Shown here piece after piece: positions 1 through 13,185 of a stretch of DNA of 62,000 bases. The translations under genes and the position numbers were made by a program. The notes beneath the pieces are model-generated. The model searched no databases and was not told where the DNA came from. It saw only the letters and a program-made list of their open reading frames with translations. The DNA is from Diadema setosum (lineage: Eukaryota): contig NC_092705.1 of the NCBI RefSeq assembly GCF_964275005.1, positions 4,030,001 to 4,092,000 on the forward strand, read 5' to 3'. Each line of letters begins with the position of its first letter. Positions within the stretch are counted from its first letter, which is position 1.

Positions 1-107
1 GCGAGCCACCGCACTGCGCAGAGCTGCCTTGTCAGTGACGTCACAGCACTGTCTGGTATACCTCACTGATCTCTGTCTGTGATATTTACTTAAAGACCTT
101 ACCCATC

Positions 108-201
108 GTTAAACCAGGGAGGTGGAAGCAAATCTTCCACCTCCCTGGTAGTAGCTTCCCAAAGAGCAGTCTCCATCTCTCTTACACCTTCCTGGTTAAA
201 C
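108..201. repeat. Perfect 16-bp hairpin plus a third degenerate arm (MITE-like remnant)
   Basis: accagggaggtggaag 113-128 / cttccacctccctggt 134-149; related arm cttacaccttcctggttaaac 181-201. Confidence 0.65.
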
Positions 202-281
202 TTTGTAAATCTATGCTAGATGGATGAATCTGGTCGAGAGAAGGGTATCGTGGGGGAGCAGTTGTGTACGAGAATTTAGCA

Positions 282-505
282 CGGAGTGATGTTCCCAATT
301 CCGAATTTTCGTTAATCCGAAAATGAAAAAAGCTTAGTTTTTTCGAAGGTTAGTTTTTATTTTATTTTTTTTTTTAATACACGAAAGTTCCTTGTTCCTA
401 GATGTTAATCCCAAATCAAGAAGAAGAAGAAGAAGAAGAAGATGCATACCTACGAGCCTTATTTCGCTTTTGGATCAACGAACCTGCGGAATAACGAACT
501 GCTTC
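282..505. repeat. Degenerate foldback repeat (acgaacc..cggaataacgaa motif); related copy near 4017-4160
   Basis: ttcgttaatccgaaaatgaaa on the left pairs loosely with tttcgcttttggatcaacgaa on the right; shared motif at 4109-4150. Confidence 0.4.
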
Positions 506-1227
506 TGCAAAAGCACCCTGCAGCACTCGATCTCTTCATTTTGTAGTAGTATATTATTCATTCATTTTTACACCTTTACAAAAGTGAGATACTTAGTACT
601 CGGAAATACTAATGTTGTCTGTGTATAATTGATTGTACATCCGTATAAAACAAGAATTACAATTATCATTTTGCTCTGAGTTTATAATAATGAAGTAGCA
701 GTGTATCCATTTATATGCTTGTTCATTTCCTGTTACAACCCGTTCAGCCTTTGTTTGAATTGTTCGTGGCATAACCATTTTTTACCGTTGACTGAATGTG
801 CCTTTACGCCAGAACATTGTTCAGATTCTGGCGGATTTCGATTTAGAACACTGCCTGCGTCACACTCCGTCTTCTTCTGGACCAATACCTTTCTTGGGTG
901 CCACCTTCGTTCTGGTAGCTGGATAAAATGTCTCCCCAGACCAATTCATCCATACCTCTTTTCTAATGTCAGCGACAAGCAGAAGCATACGGGATTTGAT
1001 TGATGGGGGCTGAGAAGTTGAAAGCGAAATACATGGAACGTCGAACATTCGTGACGGGAGAAATACGAGCCCGGACAGGAACGCTTTATTGTTGAAGTTG
1101 TACTGAATTCTCGACGAGCTGATGCACGAAATGTCGATGGTGTATTAATGAGGGAAGAAACATCACCGAAGAGACGCGAGTAGATTGGAGAGAGGAGACG
1201 AAGACAGGAAAAATTTAGAGGAGATAG

Positions 1228-1631
1228 TTAAAGGGATAGTACAGTTTTGGTTGAGAAAGGGCATCAGGTTTCCAAAATTTTTTGTTGATTATTTTTTTAG
1301 ATAATGAGAAACATCTTAGGTAATATAAAAAAGCATGTAATTTCAAGAGGAATTCAAAATTAATTTGATGAAAATTAGTTTTGAAATGGCTGATATATCC
1401 AAAACAAAGCGATCCTGACAAAATGTGGGACCCACCTTTGATTAAGATCGCTTTGCTTTACTTTGTTTTTGGATATCTAACCCATTTCAAAATCGGTTTC
1501 TCATCTAATAAACTCTGAATTCCTCTTAGAATAATATGCTCTTGAACATTTTCGTTAAGTGGTTTCGAAGTATCTCACAAAAAGTTAAAAGCTGAAGTCT
1601 TACCTTAACCAATACTATACCATCCCTTTAA
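1228..1631. mobile_element. Palindromic MITE, TTAA-flanked, AGGG..CCCT termini (Kolobok/ANGEL-like)
   Basis: ttaaagggatagtacagttttggttg / accaatactataccatccctttaa TIRs; interior largely self-complementary. Confidence 0.8.
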
Positions 1632-1765
1632 CTGTTACAAGGGGCATTGCGATTGGTAAATGGAAATGCTTCAGAAAACATAGGGGATAAAGACCAACGT
1701 ATGATGAATTGCAGAAATTGGTGTAATGCAAAGCACAAAATGATGGGCGCTATGTTTTGTAAATA

Positions 1766-2459
1766 TGTGACCGTGCATCACAAAACAAACAAAAAGTCGC
1801 ACCCCTTAATTTTACGTGAGGACTTCAAAGAAAGGTGAAATGGGTGAACCGAGTCAATTTTGAGTTTTCCATATTTTCTGAAAGGGCTGTTCTTCTTCTA
1901 CATTATTCTTGAGTTTGGAATCATAAATTGAATGGGAAAGTGGGTTTTCAGCAGTTTTTCTACAACCACTTTTTTGGAAGAGTATTGTGATCAGGTTTTT
2001 CTTCGAGGCCCCTTTCATTTCTTAAAAATCCTTTGCACCCTCTTCACTTTCAACACTAATAACTTTTGAAAGGATAATGCTACTGCTCTGAAAGTTGGCA
2101 TTCATCATGGTCGGAATGTGGTTATACACCATGCTTAATTTCAGCTTAATCTGATAATCCCTTAATTGTTGGTGCTTCAGTGGTTAACATCATGTTTTTG
2201 TTCCATTCATGGCACGGGTAGTGCAGCTTAGTAAAGATTAAGCACTTGAATAGACCCTGTACTTCAGAGCATCTTTTCTCAGTTCACACTTTCCAGAACG
2301 TGTGCTTTCTTTCCCGTATACATATAGTTTAGAAGAATCCATTTGAGTTGAGTTTTACATCATTTTAAACTAAGCATGGAGTCTGCTCTTTCAGAATCTG
2401 CCCTTAACTAAAAATCCATGTCTGGCGACTTTTTGTTTATTTTGTGATGCAGGCTCACA
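1766..2459. mobile_element. Non-autonomous DNA element with ~35-bp TIRs (TGTGA..TCACA), TA flanks
   Basis: tgtgaccgtgcatcacaaaacaaacaaaaagtcgc vs gcgactttttgtttattttgtgatgcaggctcaca. Confidence 0.8.
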
Positions 2460-5400
2460 TATATTTTTCAATTTTAAGACAAAATCTGAATTAATATTTC
2501 AAGAAATCTCATTTGGACGTGGTACTGACAACTGGTCATCAATTATTAGAACCATCTTAGTGAAATTCCTTCATAAATTTCTACGTCTACCCAATGAACC
2601 TCTAAACATTTGCTATTATTTGATATATGATATAATAAATTGTGATTATAATGTCTCAATAATTATTTTCATGATTATATTTCATACTCTGGGTCTCCTT
2701 CCAAGAATACGTCGCTGTGTATGTCTCTTCCCGTCGACGCACTCCCATGGTATTCAAAGTTTTCCCTGTCGAGGAATTCCACAAGGTTCGCGTCATAATC
2801 CCAGGAAAAACAAACCTCTCGGGGAAATTTTCCCAGAGGTTTTCACCTGTCGTACTTCGTGTGGTCTTGAAGCTTCCGACTTCTGATAGCAAACACGGTC
2901 TCACTCACGATGATGGGCGACCAAAATCCTATGGGGGATAAAGGTCATGTTCGAGATTCAGGACCATCTCTAACCCAGCTTTCGTGAGGCTGGATTATGA
3001 CAGAATCAGCATAAAAATGTAAGAAGCAGAAGAAGGAGACGACACAATCCATTCGTGTTGGAATGAGATGAATAATGAAGAGTGCATCCCGGTAAACATG
3101 GGCTAGCTTTTCAAAGGATTTCTCCTCCCTAATATCAGCTTATGTTCTACTCTGAACGGGAAAGAGATTTTATGCACTGAGAAAGTTTCTTTAGTTGATA
3201 CACCTGTTTATATGACGGTTATAGCAAATGTTTTTAGAAGAGAAGTTACTTCATACTGCAAAAGGTCGAGGGATGGTCCACAAACACCTGTTAGCTTTTA
3301 AGTTGTTTCCTAACATGTTTATGAAAGATACAATTTCTGCATTCATATTAGAATATCAATTTCGTCCATTACCCATTGACAACGAAACGCCGATAAACTT
3401 TTGTGATTTCATACTCATTTGATGGAAAAAATGTATGTTATATTTTATACGAAACTAGAACAAATAAGGAGGTCATGGGACTATTTACGATGAGATTCTA
3501 TGGAAAGCTAAAACAAAAATGTAAGTTTGTTTTGATCTTTATGTCTAACATAAACGATATGACAACGAAAACTCAAAAGTGATATTCTATGTTGTTTGTT
3601 TCCGGATATCGTAAGGACTGTACAGGACTTAGATTTAAATCCCGAAATATTCTGAGCTTCAGAGATTTGTCACATACGACATGACTTGGCTTGGTGGCTT
3701 ACTATGGGTTCGTGTGATCACGAATGTTTCACATGTAAAATTCCCACAGGGATATAAAAAAAGTGATTTTGGCGAGTGCACCCTCATCCTTAGAGAGAGC
3801 CGATGGGGGGGGGGGTGTCTCCTCTCCTTTGAAGAGATGGTATTAAACTGGAGCTTCGACCATGTTCTCCTGTTGGCGAAATTAAAGTCTAAGCACGAAG
3901 AGATCGGAGAGAAAGATGGGCAAGGTGAAAGCCAAGTAAAGTGGTCGTCACAAGACACGTGCTTGAAGCAGGTGTCCTTTACAATCCCCCTCGGGGATTC
4001 GTCGAGTGGTGAATAGCGGTGTTGCCCAGTTTGTGTGTTTTGAGTCCCGATTAGCACGAAAAAGCCCAAAGCGATGTAGTTTAGCGTTTGTGTTAATTTA
4101 CGGATTATGTACGAACCTTCGGAACCATATAATTCTTCAGAATAACGAATTACAACCAACCCATGTATGCCTATATATGGCAAAGATTATAATTTTGTCA
4201 TTCGACTCCTCTTGATTATGAATAATGAAAATTACTATAATGAATACTTATAGTATAAAACTGTTCAATTCTTTATCATTTATGATAATCATCATCGTCA
4301 TCATCACCAACACCACCACTATAAACATCCACCAAAATTTGCCAACCCCATCATCTCGTGCCTTGCCCTATGACGTGAAAATAATAAGCAGTGGGTTTGC
4401 TGATGAGGCTGCAGAGTGGACTTCATATAAACATAACTATGTAGCATAATACTTCAAGTGGGAAGGATGTGCTGTGCGTCAGGCATACAGCGTTAGTTGG
4501 ATAATGAGTATAATGGTCCAGAAACATAAAGACACACACACACGGTCATGCACGCACACGAATTACCTCTCCGTATTAACTTCCCTCTTCAGACTATTCA
4601 GGTTAGCATTTCCACTGTCAATGCTGTCGTTATACAGGCGGATTTCGTATTGCGGATTTCATACCCCCACCCTCTCTTTCTCTCTCTATCTATATACTTC
4701 TCCCTAATAAGGTCAATGACCTCGATGTTCGCATACTTCATCAGTATTATATTATTTACCTCATATCTCTTGCGGTATCCATGGTTTCACGATGTAGATT
4801 GAAGAACGGAAACGCATTTCCAGTACCGGTAATTTTATGTCATGACAGCGACAAACTCTGCTCTTGTACAGTGAAGTCAATTTGAATAATCATATGACAT
4901 GGAGTTCTCCTTTTAAGTATCATAAAAAAGGAAAATGTACCACGTCGTTGTAACAAGAGAAGAACAACAGAAATGAACGAATGAATGAATGAATGAGTCA
5001 ATGAATCAATGTTAAGATTATCTGGAGGTTGACTCTTCCGAAATCGTGAGTGGAATGTGAATTCATATATTAAAGATGGCTTTGTTATTAAAAAAAAAAT
5101 AAAAATAAAAAAAAATTGAGAATTAAACCTATTAGGAACACGGATAGTCAAATTTAGTAAATGAGAAAGTTAATTGAATAAGCTAAATTGAATAAATTAA
5201 GTAAGATAAATGTAATCAAATATCCTAACATTTTACATGACTGTTTCTTAGTGGCAGCTATGCATAAACCTAACTATACACAGCCCAGTCGCCGCTGTAC
5301 ATACGTAGCGCGACAGGGCTGTACCAACGAAGCTCCAAACACGAAGAGGGTCCAACGATCGCATGCCATCGGATTGAATTTTGATACTTTAGATCATTCT

Positions 5401-6987
5401 TTTGTCACTTCAAACTCATCTGACGAACAAAATGATAATGAGACTTCATATCTATGCTATGAATATTGAAATTTAGATTTAATAACTTGCCTGAAATGAT
5501 GGTTATATGCAGCATGTGTGAACGGTTCACGAACGGTACATCGTCTTTCACGCCAGGCCATTTCCAATATCCGGGAGGTCACATGATCTGAATGCCCTTT
5601 CAAAAGGTCGCGCTGTCGACCGTGCTGCTACACCAACACTCAAGCAGCGCATCGCACGCACGCAAAAGATTTCCGCAGAGATCAAGGCGCCATTTTGAAT
5701 TCTGCAACGATGAACCCTGACGGTGTTAGGGAATCCGCCAGAAAGTATAATTTTTTGGTTCCACGGACTTATCACGAGGGCTCTCAATGGACTTACGAAC
5801 CTTCTGTAATACAAGCATGCACTTAAGGTGAGTAACGTTTGGTAACGTGTACATTGTTTATAAAGAACGTATGAATTTTCATAAGTTTTGTAGTTGTGTT
5901 GTGGTTCCCCACTATGTAGGTGCCCGCTCGTTGGTCAGACGCTGTATAATTCGCGTAGCGTATTAACAGCGTCTGGTCGGGCTAGCATAAACCATGTATT
6001 TATGTTATGCAGATTAACAAACTTTCTGATCAGCTTGCTTGAAAACGAATATTCTGAAAATACATGTAGATAAATCAGTCACTATTACCAATTCCCAGCA
6101 TATATATCAGCCGCCAGCCTTGCAAAGTCATTACAACTGAAGAAGGATTGCGAAGGAAAAATGTCATTCATTTTAATGTCTAATTCAGGCAGCAACAATA
6201 GAATTTGCAGAGAATTTTTGAGGACGCAATTGATCCCTCTGAGCCGATCAGATTACAAAGTCAACAATTTCGCGCGCGCGATTCAATTCTACGTTTATTT
6301 TTTATCTTCCTCAGGAATGACATAAATTTAAGACGATTACGAATCATCTTTAGTACAAATTGGTTGACTGCAAGGTGAATATAAGTGGTAATTAACAAGT
6401 TAAAAGCATGTATAGGATGGTTTCAAACCAAACATTGCATTGTCTATTTTGCTCTGAGGATTAACGATATGAAAATGAAAAAAAAAAAAAATGGAGGGGT
6501 GTAGTAAAAAGGACTTCTTGTGTATTGTGGACATTGTGTGTCTTTGTCTAATATTACTTTTTCATGAATGCAAGCGAGACCTTGATATAGCTGCACTGTC
6601 GAGTTAAGCCCAGTTTTCAGATTTTGATGGACGTTTTACCGTTCTCTTTTTGTTGGAATTCCCTCTATCTTAGTCTGCTTGCCAACGCCTTTTGGAGTGG
6701 TACGTTCAAACTAACATTGCCTTTGTAGGATATTACCCTCGACAGTTGAAAAGGTGAAGGAGGGCAAAATCGTGACGTCATTCCTGTGCCACTGAGACTT
6801 TTTTTTTTTCTAAATTTTTCCCTCTTTGCCCTCATGTCGTCTGCGAGCAAAATCATACATGTATTATGCTATTCCAGTATAGACCTTGTTTAACATTATA
6901 GATTCACTGGCTGACTGATGTAGATTACTCAGAAGGGGAAGTCATTTTTAGCTACATTTGGTTTCAGGAAAAGTTATGTATTGAGTT

Positions 6988-7005
6988 GTGTGTGTGTGTC
7001 TGTGT

Positions 7006-7045
<40 letters not shown>

Positions 7046-7069
7046 GTGTGTGTGTGTGTGTGTGTGTGT
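6988..7069. repeat. (TG)n microsatellite
   Basis: Direct reading. Confidence 0.95.
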
Positions 7070-7070
7070 C

Positions 7071-7575
7071 ATGTGGAATTGTTTAATTAGATGAAACACT
7101 GCGCAGGTCGGATCACGTGTTTCCGTAAACATGTTGTTATGATATCAAGTCATTTAGCCTTGATTAGCGGAGTGGTAAAAGGAATGCGCGGGGATTGGTG
7201 TCCAGTATCATAAGATTTTACAAAATTTTATAATGCAGTATTTTGTTGGGGTTATTTTTTGGTATTTTTCTAGGTTGTTTTTTTGGCGAAGTTGCTTCTT
7301 CATTTCCTTTGACTCTTATCAAAACATAACGAACCCATATAAAATGTACACAGCGTGATAAACATCCATGCAGACACTGGTTAACAACCAGAACCGGAAA
7401 AAAAAAATAGGTGCCCAATTTTCCATTTTAGAGGGTATGTGTTCTCTTTTATATTTCAAAAGATTGACAAAATATGTGGAGATCATTAGAATGTTCTACA
7501 TTTTGACATTTTGCATCTATAGGTGTAAAATTGTGTGCACGAGATCATAATCAATTCATGTAGCTGCATTTCGAG

Positions 7576-7641
<66 letters not shown>

Positions 7642-8189
7642 TAACAACCAAAGAGCCTTTCAAATATAGAGGGGTAAATACTTTTTGCCAATTTGACTAA
7701 TATGACATTCTCTATAAATGCCAAAAAAAAAAAAAAAAGGTTGACGACGGAATACAAGTATAGCCAACAAAATGAGGAATATAGATTGGGCTCATTATTA
7801 CAAAACTAACGTTCTATATATAAGATGGTCGTCCTGCTTCGTATATAAAATGTCATTTTCGGCGGTCCTTGGCAGTGGTGGTGCGAAAGAATTTGACCTT
7901 AAAAAAAGTCCAACTGAGTTTCACGAGCACTATTTAAATTAGTTTAATGGATTTCGTTTGACTCTTATTTCAGTATGCCAAAAGCTGACCGTCCCAACGT
8001 AACTAGCCACACTATGACCAGTTTTAACAATTGGGAACGAAATATTCAGTTAGCACACGAAAGGTAACATACTTTTAGCTTTTATGAAAGAATGCAAAAC
8101 TCAATTGTAGTTACAATGAATGGTTTTAAAGTCATATTTTGTATTCAAATCTCAATCCGTTATCTCTAAGATATTAGAGAATTCCACAT
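7071..8189. mobile_element. Possible non-autonomous DNA element with short TIRs, containing a (GTT)n tract
   Basis: atgtggaatt / aattccacat 10-bp inverted termini only. Confidence 0.35.
7574..7640. repeat. (GTT)n microsatellite
   Basis: Direct reading. Confidence 0.95.
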
Positions 8190-8530
8190 AGCCGTAACGA
8201 GTGACATATCCCCTTCCTCCAATTGAGAGAGCTGCTCCCTATATCAATCAGGAACAACTGTATATCTCGCAGTTGCTCTGTGCATCATTAATCGAACTCA
8301 CCATTTTATTTCTTTTTTTTTTAGTTTTGAATATAGGACTCTAATTACGTAGAATGTAGCTTGAATATTTCAGTGAAATTAGTAAAAAAAAAAAAAAAAA
8401 AAAAAAAAAGTATGATAATGATGTACAGAACGCCGGAAGTTTCATTATAGAATGATCAAACAAGGTTATATTGATTTTCGATTGCATGTATTCACGATGA
8501 TTATATATAGGTGAAGTAATAATGTCATCC

Positions 8531-8899
8531 TTAAAGGCATAATTTACCATTTGCAGATGAAACAAAAACCCCAGCATTAGTGCTTTAAATTAGTTCTAAA
8601 ATGTGGGTTAGGGATAGAAACAACCACTTTTTAAATTTGAATCCATATAATTGATGTTAAGTATATTGAAATACAGAAAATGTGAACAATAGTTATAATG
8701 AAAATGTATAGAGACTAAACCATCTACAGTTATGGTTTAATGAGAAAAATACTGATATCTCCTTATATCTCAGGCTTTATTGTGAAAACTTTATGCGGTA
8801 AGTAGTTTTGTGATACAACAGACCTACACATATGCATCAAATATGATATCTTAAACATTTTTTTAAATTACTGCTCCCAAAGGCAAACAGGACCTTTAA
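8531..8899. mobile_element. TTAA-flanked non-autonomous element (Kolobok-like)
   Basis: ttaaaggcataatttacc ... ggcaaacaggacctttaa imperfect TIRs. Confidence 0.55.
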
Positions 8900-10427
8900 G
8901 GTCTCTGTTCACTTGCACACATATATTTTCAATAAATCCCTTCTTCTTTGTAATGAAATAAAGAGGGATGAATTATGAGAGTGTCCTCGAATTATTTTAG
9001 ACTCCTTCTTGCAATGTGATAATGACTTTTAGGGATGATAAGATGCGAAGTTATTTACAAAAAGCCGACTTTTTTAATCATATTTTTGTTATTGTTTTAG
9101 TTGCTCTTTTTTTCGGGGTGGATTTTTTTAATGCTTTCGTTTCGGTTACATGTAATTGCGTGCGTGAACAGTGATGAATAAAATCTATATGGAAATTAAG
9201 ATGTATTGCATGTGATTATACATGATTAAAATTTGCTAAAAATACTAGTAGTCATATTAATGTATAATTGAATAATGTAAATAAAGTTGCAGAGAATCGA
9301 TTTACTTCTAAAGAAAAATGCCATACAGAATAAATCAAATCAAATCAAATTAAAAATAAACTCTATATACGGGAGATTCGGCAGACGATGACACAATCTC
9401 CTCAGATTTGTAATGTTTTAGCGATATGACTTTTTTTTTAATGAAATGCTGGTGCTCCACAGCTCTCCCCTTGTTTATTTTATTGCAAATCTGTCGTTAC
9501 GGTAGCATGATATTAATTTCTCAGGGAAAAAGAAAACCCACTTAAGATAAGGCGGCGCGTCATTTCAAAGTAAGATTGGCCGTCAGGCATCTAATTAGTA
9601 CAACAGCTACTATGGAAGGTTTAAATAATACGACGCCATGCTATTAGCTTGTACAAAATCAAACAAACAACAATAGTTCTTGGCTTTTGAACATCAGCAT
9701 TGAAAGTGAAAAATTGAAATCGAAAGCGCCAAGGACCTTGTTTTATCTAATCAAATCTTCACAGCGCGCCGGAGCATTTTTTTTTTTTTTTTTGTCACCG
9801 TTGTCATGCTGTCTTCCGCACATCAGTCCATAGAACGTGATATTCCCATCATTTTTCTTCATTTTACCCCCTCCCCCAGTCCAACTTGACCTCATTATCA
9901 TGACATTTCGTCCTCCGTGGCTGGAAAAGGACCGGAAGATTGCGGAGTGAACACGAGAAATAAATGTGAATAGGTCTTAAGTAGGAGGAAAATGGCACTC
10001 TCCTCCAAAGTTGTAGCGCCATCACGCTTCTAATGACCCGCCCGGCGGAGCGCAAAATGTCCCACTGTCGCGTCTTAACCTTTATGTTTCTGACGGCACT
10101 TACAAAGAAATCAATGCTCATCTAGTCCATTGCCTAATCATTTTGCCCTTAAACGTGTGCTGGTTTCTGAAGGGTCGACTTGTCATAAGATTTGTTTTTG
10201 ACAGGAAATGACTCGAGTTTGCATTAGGGACAACGTTATTGAACAAAGAAGAAATAGGACGGGGGGGGGGGTAGAGGAAGCGAAACCCTGTACTGTCGGG
10301 CAAGAAGGCTGGATTGAAGGCGATGAGCAAAATGGTGACTGAAAAAAAAGAAAAACAAAGAAATATCAAGGCGGAAATACGGGAATCCTAACAAAAGGAA
10401 CTAAAAGTTTTATTGGGACGTTACAAG

Positions 10428-10429
<2 letters not shown>

Positions 10430-10474
<45 letters not shown>
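10430..10474. repeat. (GT)n microsatellite
   Basis: Direct reading. Confidence 0.95.
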
Positions 10475-10480
<6 letters not shown>

Positions 10481-11085
10481 ATAGAGCGAGAAAACAAAGC
10501 CTAGTGACGTCAATGCGAGACACGTATTTTCTGTATTCGTTTGTTTCTTGATTGAGAAACACGTTTTGTAACGAATTAAAAAAAAAAAACAGCGCGAAAT
10601 GCTTTTATATCAAAGATGCACATTGACACTTAATCGTATTGTACTTTTGTTTAATTCTGCACTTTAGATAGTTACTCATGGAAAATCATAACATGGTTTT
10701 ATTTGCTCACACCAATTCTTGAATAACAACGCTCAGCATCTTTTTTTTTTCACCAGATATGGCAAGCGAATTAAAAAAAAAAAAGTGATGGATCATCACT
10801 CCACAGATCTCTCATACTTTATGTGTACCCATAAAAATATCTTAATCATGCTCTTCCTGTAATCTCTCTCACTCTAAAAGTCATTATTGCAAAGTTATTA
10901 CAAGACAACGACAATTTGATTCCGAGGACACATTTTTGCTACATTCATGTCAAAAGGAGAAATTAGTGAAGATCGTTGTACAATAACTAGGAGCTTCTTA
11001 AGGTGATGACATCGGTTTCTTCAAATTTCGCATGTGGTTTTTGTACTATCTAGTTTCACTGTTCCGTGAATATTTATTTGGAAAC

Positions 11086-11597
11086 TTAAAGGGATGGTAG
11101 TTTTGGTTGAGGTGGGGATTCAGGTTTTTAATCTTTTTGCGAGATAATCAGAAACCATGTATATGAAATAACTATTAGAGAGTTTACGATTTTAAAAGGT
11201 ATTAAAAATTGATTATTTGATGAAAATCGGTTTTCAGTGGGTGAGATATAATTTGTTATATATCATTTTATCATATCATATTATATCATTGGGTATATTA
11301 TATTATATGATATATTATATTGTATGATATAATATATCCACTTTGTTCTGAATATTATGCAAAACAAAGTGTTCCTAATAAAAGATGGTTACCATGCATG
11401 CACCTTTTATTACGACCTCTTTTTTTCCTTGATTTTGGATATATTAGTCATTTTGAAACCGATTTTCATCGAATAAACTTTTGATTCCTCTTAGAATTGT
11501 ATGCCCTTCAATATTTCAACTACATGGTTTCTAATTATCCCGCAAAGAAGTTAAAACCTGAGTCCCATGTAAGCCCAAACTGCATCATCCCTTTGAA
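11086..11597. mobile_element. Second copy of the 1228-1631 palindromic MITE family
   Basis: ttaaagggatggtag-ttttggttgag start, catccctttgaa end; shared internal tttgatgaaaat/caaaacaaag/ttttggatat motifs; AT-rich expansion 11255-11340. Confidence 0.75.
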
Positions 11598-12719
11598 CAT
11601 TGCATAATAATATACATTTCTTACATTGGGTCCGATTTCTAAGAACGCATGTTAATCTGTTCTCGTGATTTTGCTGTGTCAAAAAAAAAAAAAAACAGCT
11701 CGAATATGAATACGGTAAAAAAAAATGGTTAAGTGTTTTGAGCACTTGAATAATACAAAGTATTTTAGACTTTGCTTTGACTGCATGGTACGTCATGCGG
11801 TTGCTCCAAAGTGGAAAGCAAACAATAGATTAAAAAGCGTCTGGTTTGAATACAAACGATACAAATGTTTTGATTTCTTCGTCACCTCATTACCCATGTT
11901 AAACCTTGATAATCTTGTTGGTTTTACCACTCGAGACATCAATAATCTGCACATAAATCGTTGGTGTCACTTGGGAGTTAGGTGCTTGGGGAGCGCATTG
12001 TGCGTTGAACGTGTTTCAAAGCTCGTCAAGTCCAATACATCCGGGCACACACGTTGTAACTTCTCACTTTGCTCCTTGTCTGTTATAATAGTATGGTCTT
12101 TGTCAAAACCGTAGGATTAATCCGCGTGTAACGAGTATTAATGCAATCACATGGTCTACTGGGGGAAACATAATACATGGTTGGATGACGGCTTATGTTG
12201 ACCGAAAAAAAAAGAAAAAGAAAAAAAAATGTCCCGTTTTAACACCGTTATTTGATATTACCTACTACGTCACTTGCACAGTGAGATCTACTGTGAGTTT
12301 GTTATAAAGTGATGCTAAAAATTTGATTAACAGAAAAAAATGAAGGCAAATTGAATACAGGAATATAATCAAGACTTAAAGCAGTGACTCCCCCCCCCCC
12401 CCTCATTTTTAAACCAACACAACGGCGTGTTTGTTTGTTGTTGTTGTTGTTTTTTTTCCGGGGGAAAAGGGGTTTCCTCTTTTTGCCTTTTCCCCGAGTT
12501 TTTCACTAATAGGAATTTACAGGAAATGTTAGCATTATTATGTAGGTCTAGATTAGCCGATGGTAGCTGCCCTGATGATCTGTTTCTGGAACCAAGTAAC
12601 CTAGCTTCAAAACAAACATCTCAATACGATAGTCGAGCGCTATGAATAAATGAATCTGCGATATCTTTCGCCGTCGCTGTTTGCCGACTTGGAGATGATC
12701 ACCGTGTTTTGTGTGCCTG

Positions 12720-13185
12720 GATATAAACACTCTGCGCTGGAGCCGTTAATTAATAATGAGTCTCCACCGATTGAATTATTCCACTCGAGAGTCTATTGTG
12801 ACGCTCTTTTCTCTCCCGGGAGCTTCTATTGTGACGTAACTTCTTGAAGAAATTGATCGAGAAGATGCCAGGCCCGTTATCTATCTAGCAAGCACAGAGC
12901 GATCTCAGCGGTTGCCAGGGGCAACAGTCGCCTCTCACAAAGTGCGCGCTATCCATACATGAGTTCAAAGGGAAGAGCGCGCCCGCGCACGCGTGAAGAC
13001 ATGCAGCACCAACACTCGGGCGTGAAGTGTAAGTCTTGTGCCAGTGTACGCAAAAACCAACCTTCCCACACATCCGCACAGCTCCGCAAATAACGAGAAC
13101 GGACATTACTGGGAACCGTACAAAACCCAACATTTTGAAGGAATTTACGCTGTAAAGTCAACTTAAGAAATGGACGTGTAACAAG
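12720..13185 (+). promoter_or_regulatory. Candidate promoter / non-coding first exon of the NCKX gene
   Basis: The ATG exon has its own acceptor, so an upstream exon should exist. TATAAA near 12722, CpG-richer 12890-13100, donor aag|gtaacg at 13186. Location is a best guess. Confidence 0.33.
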
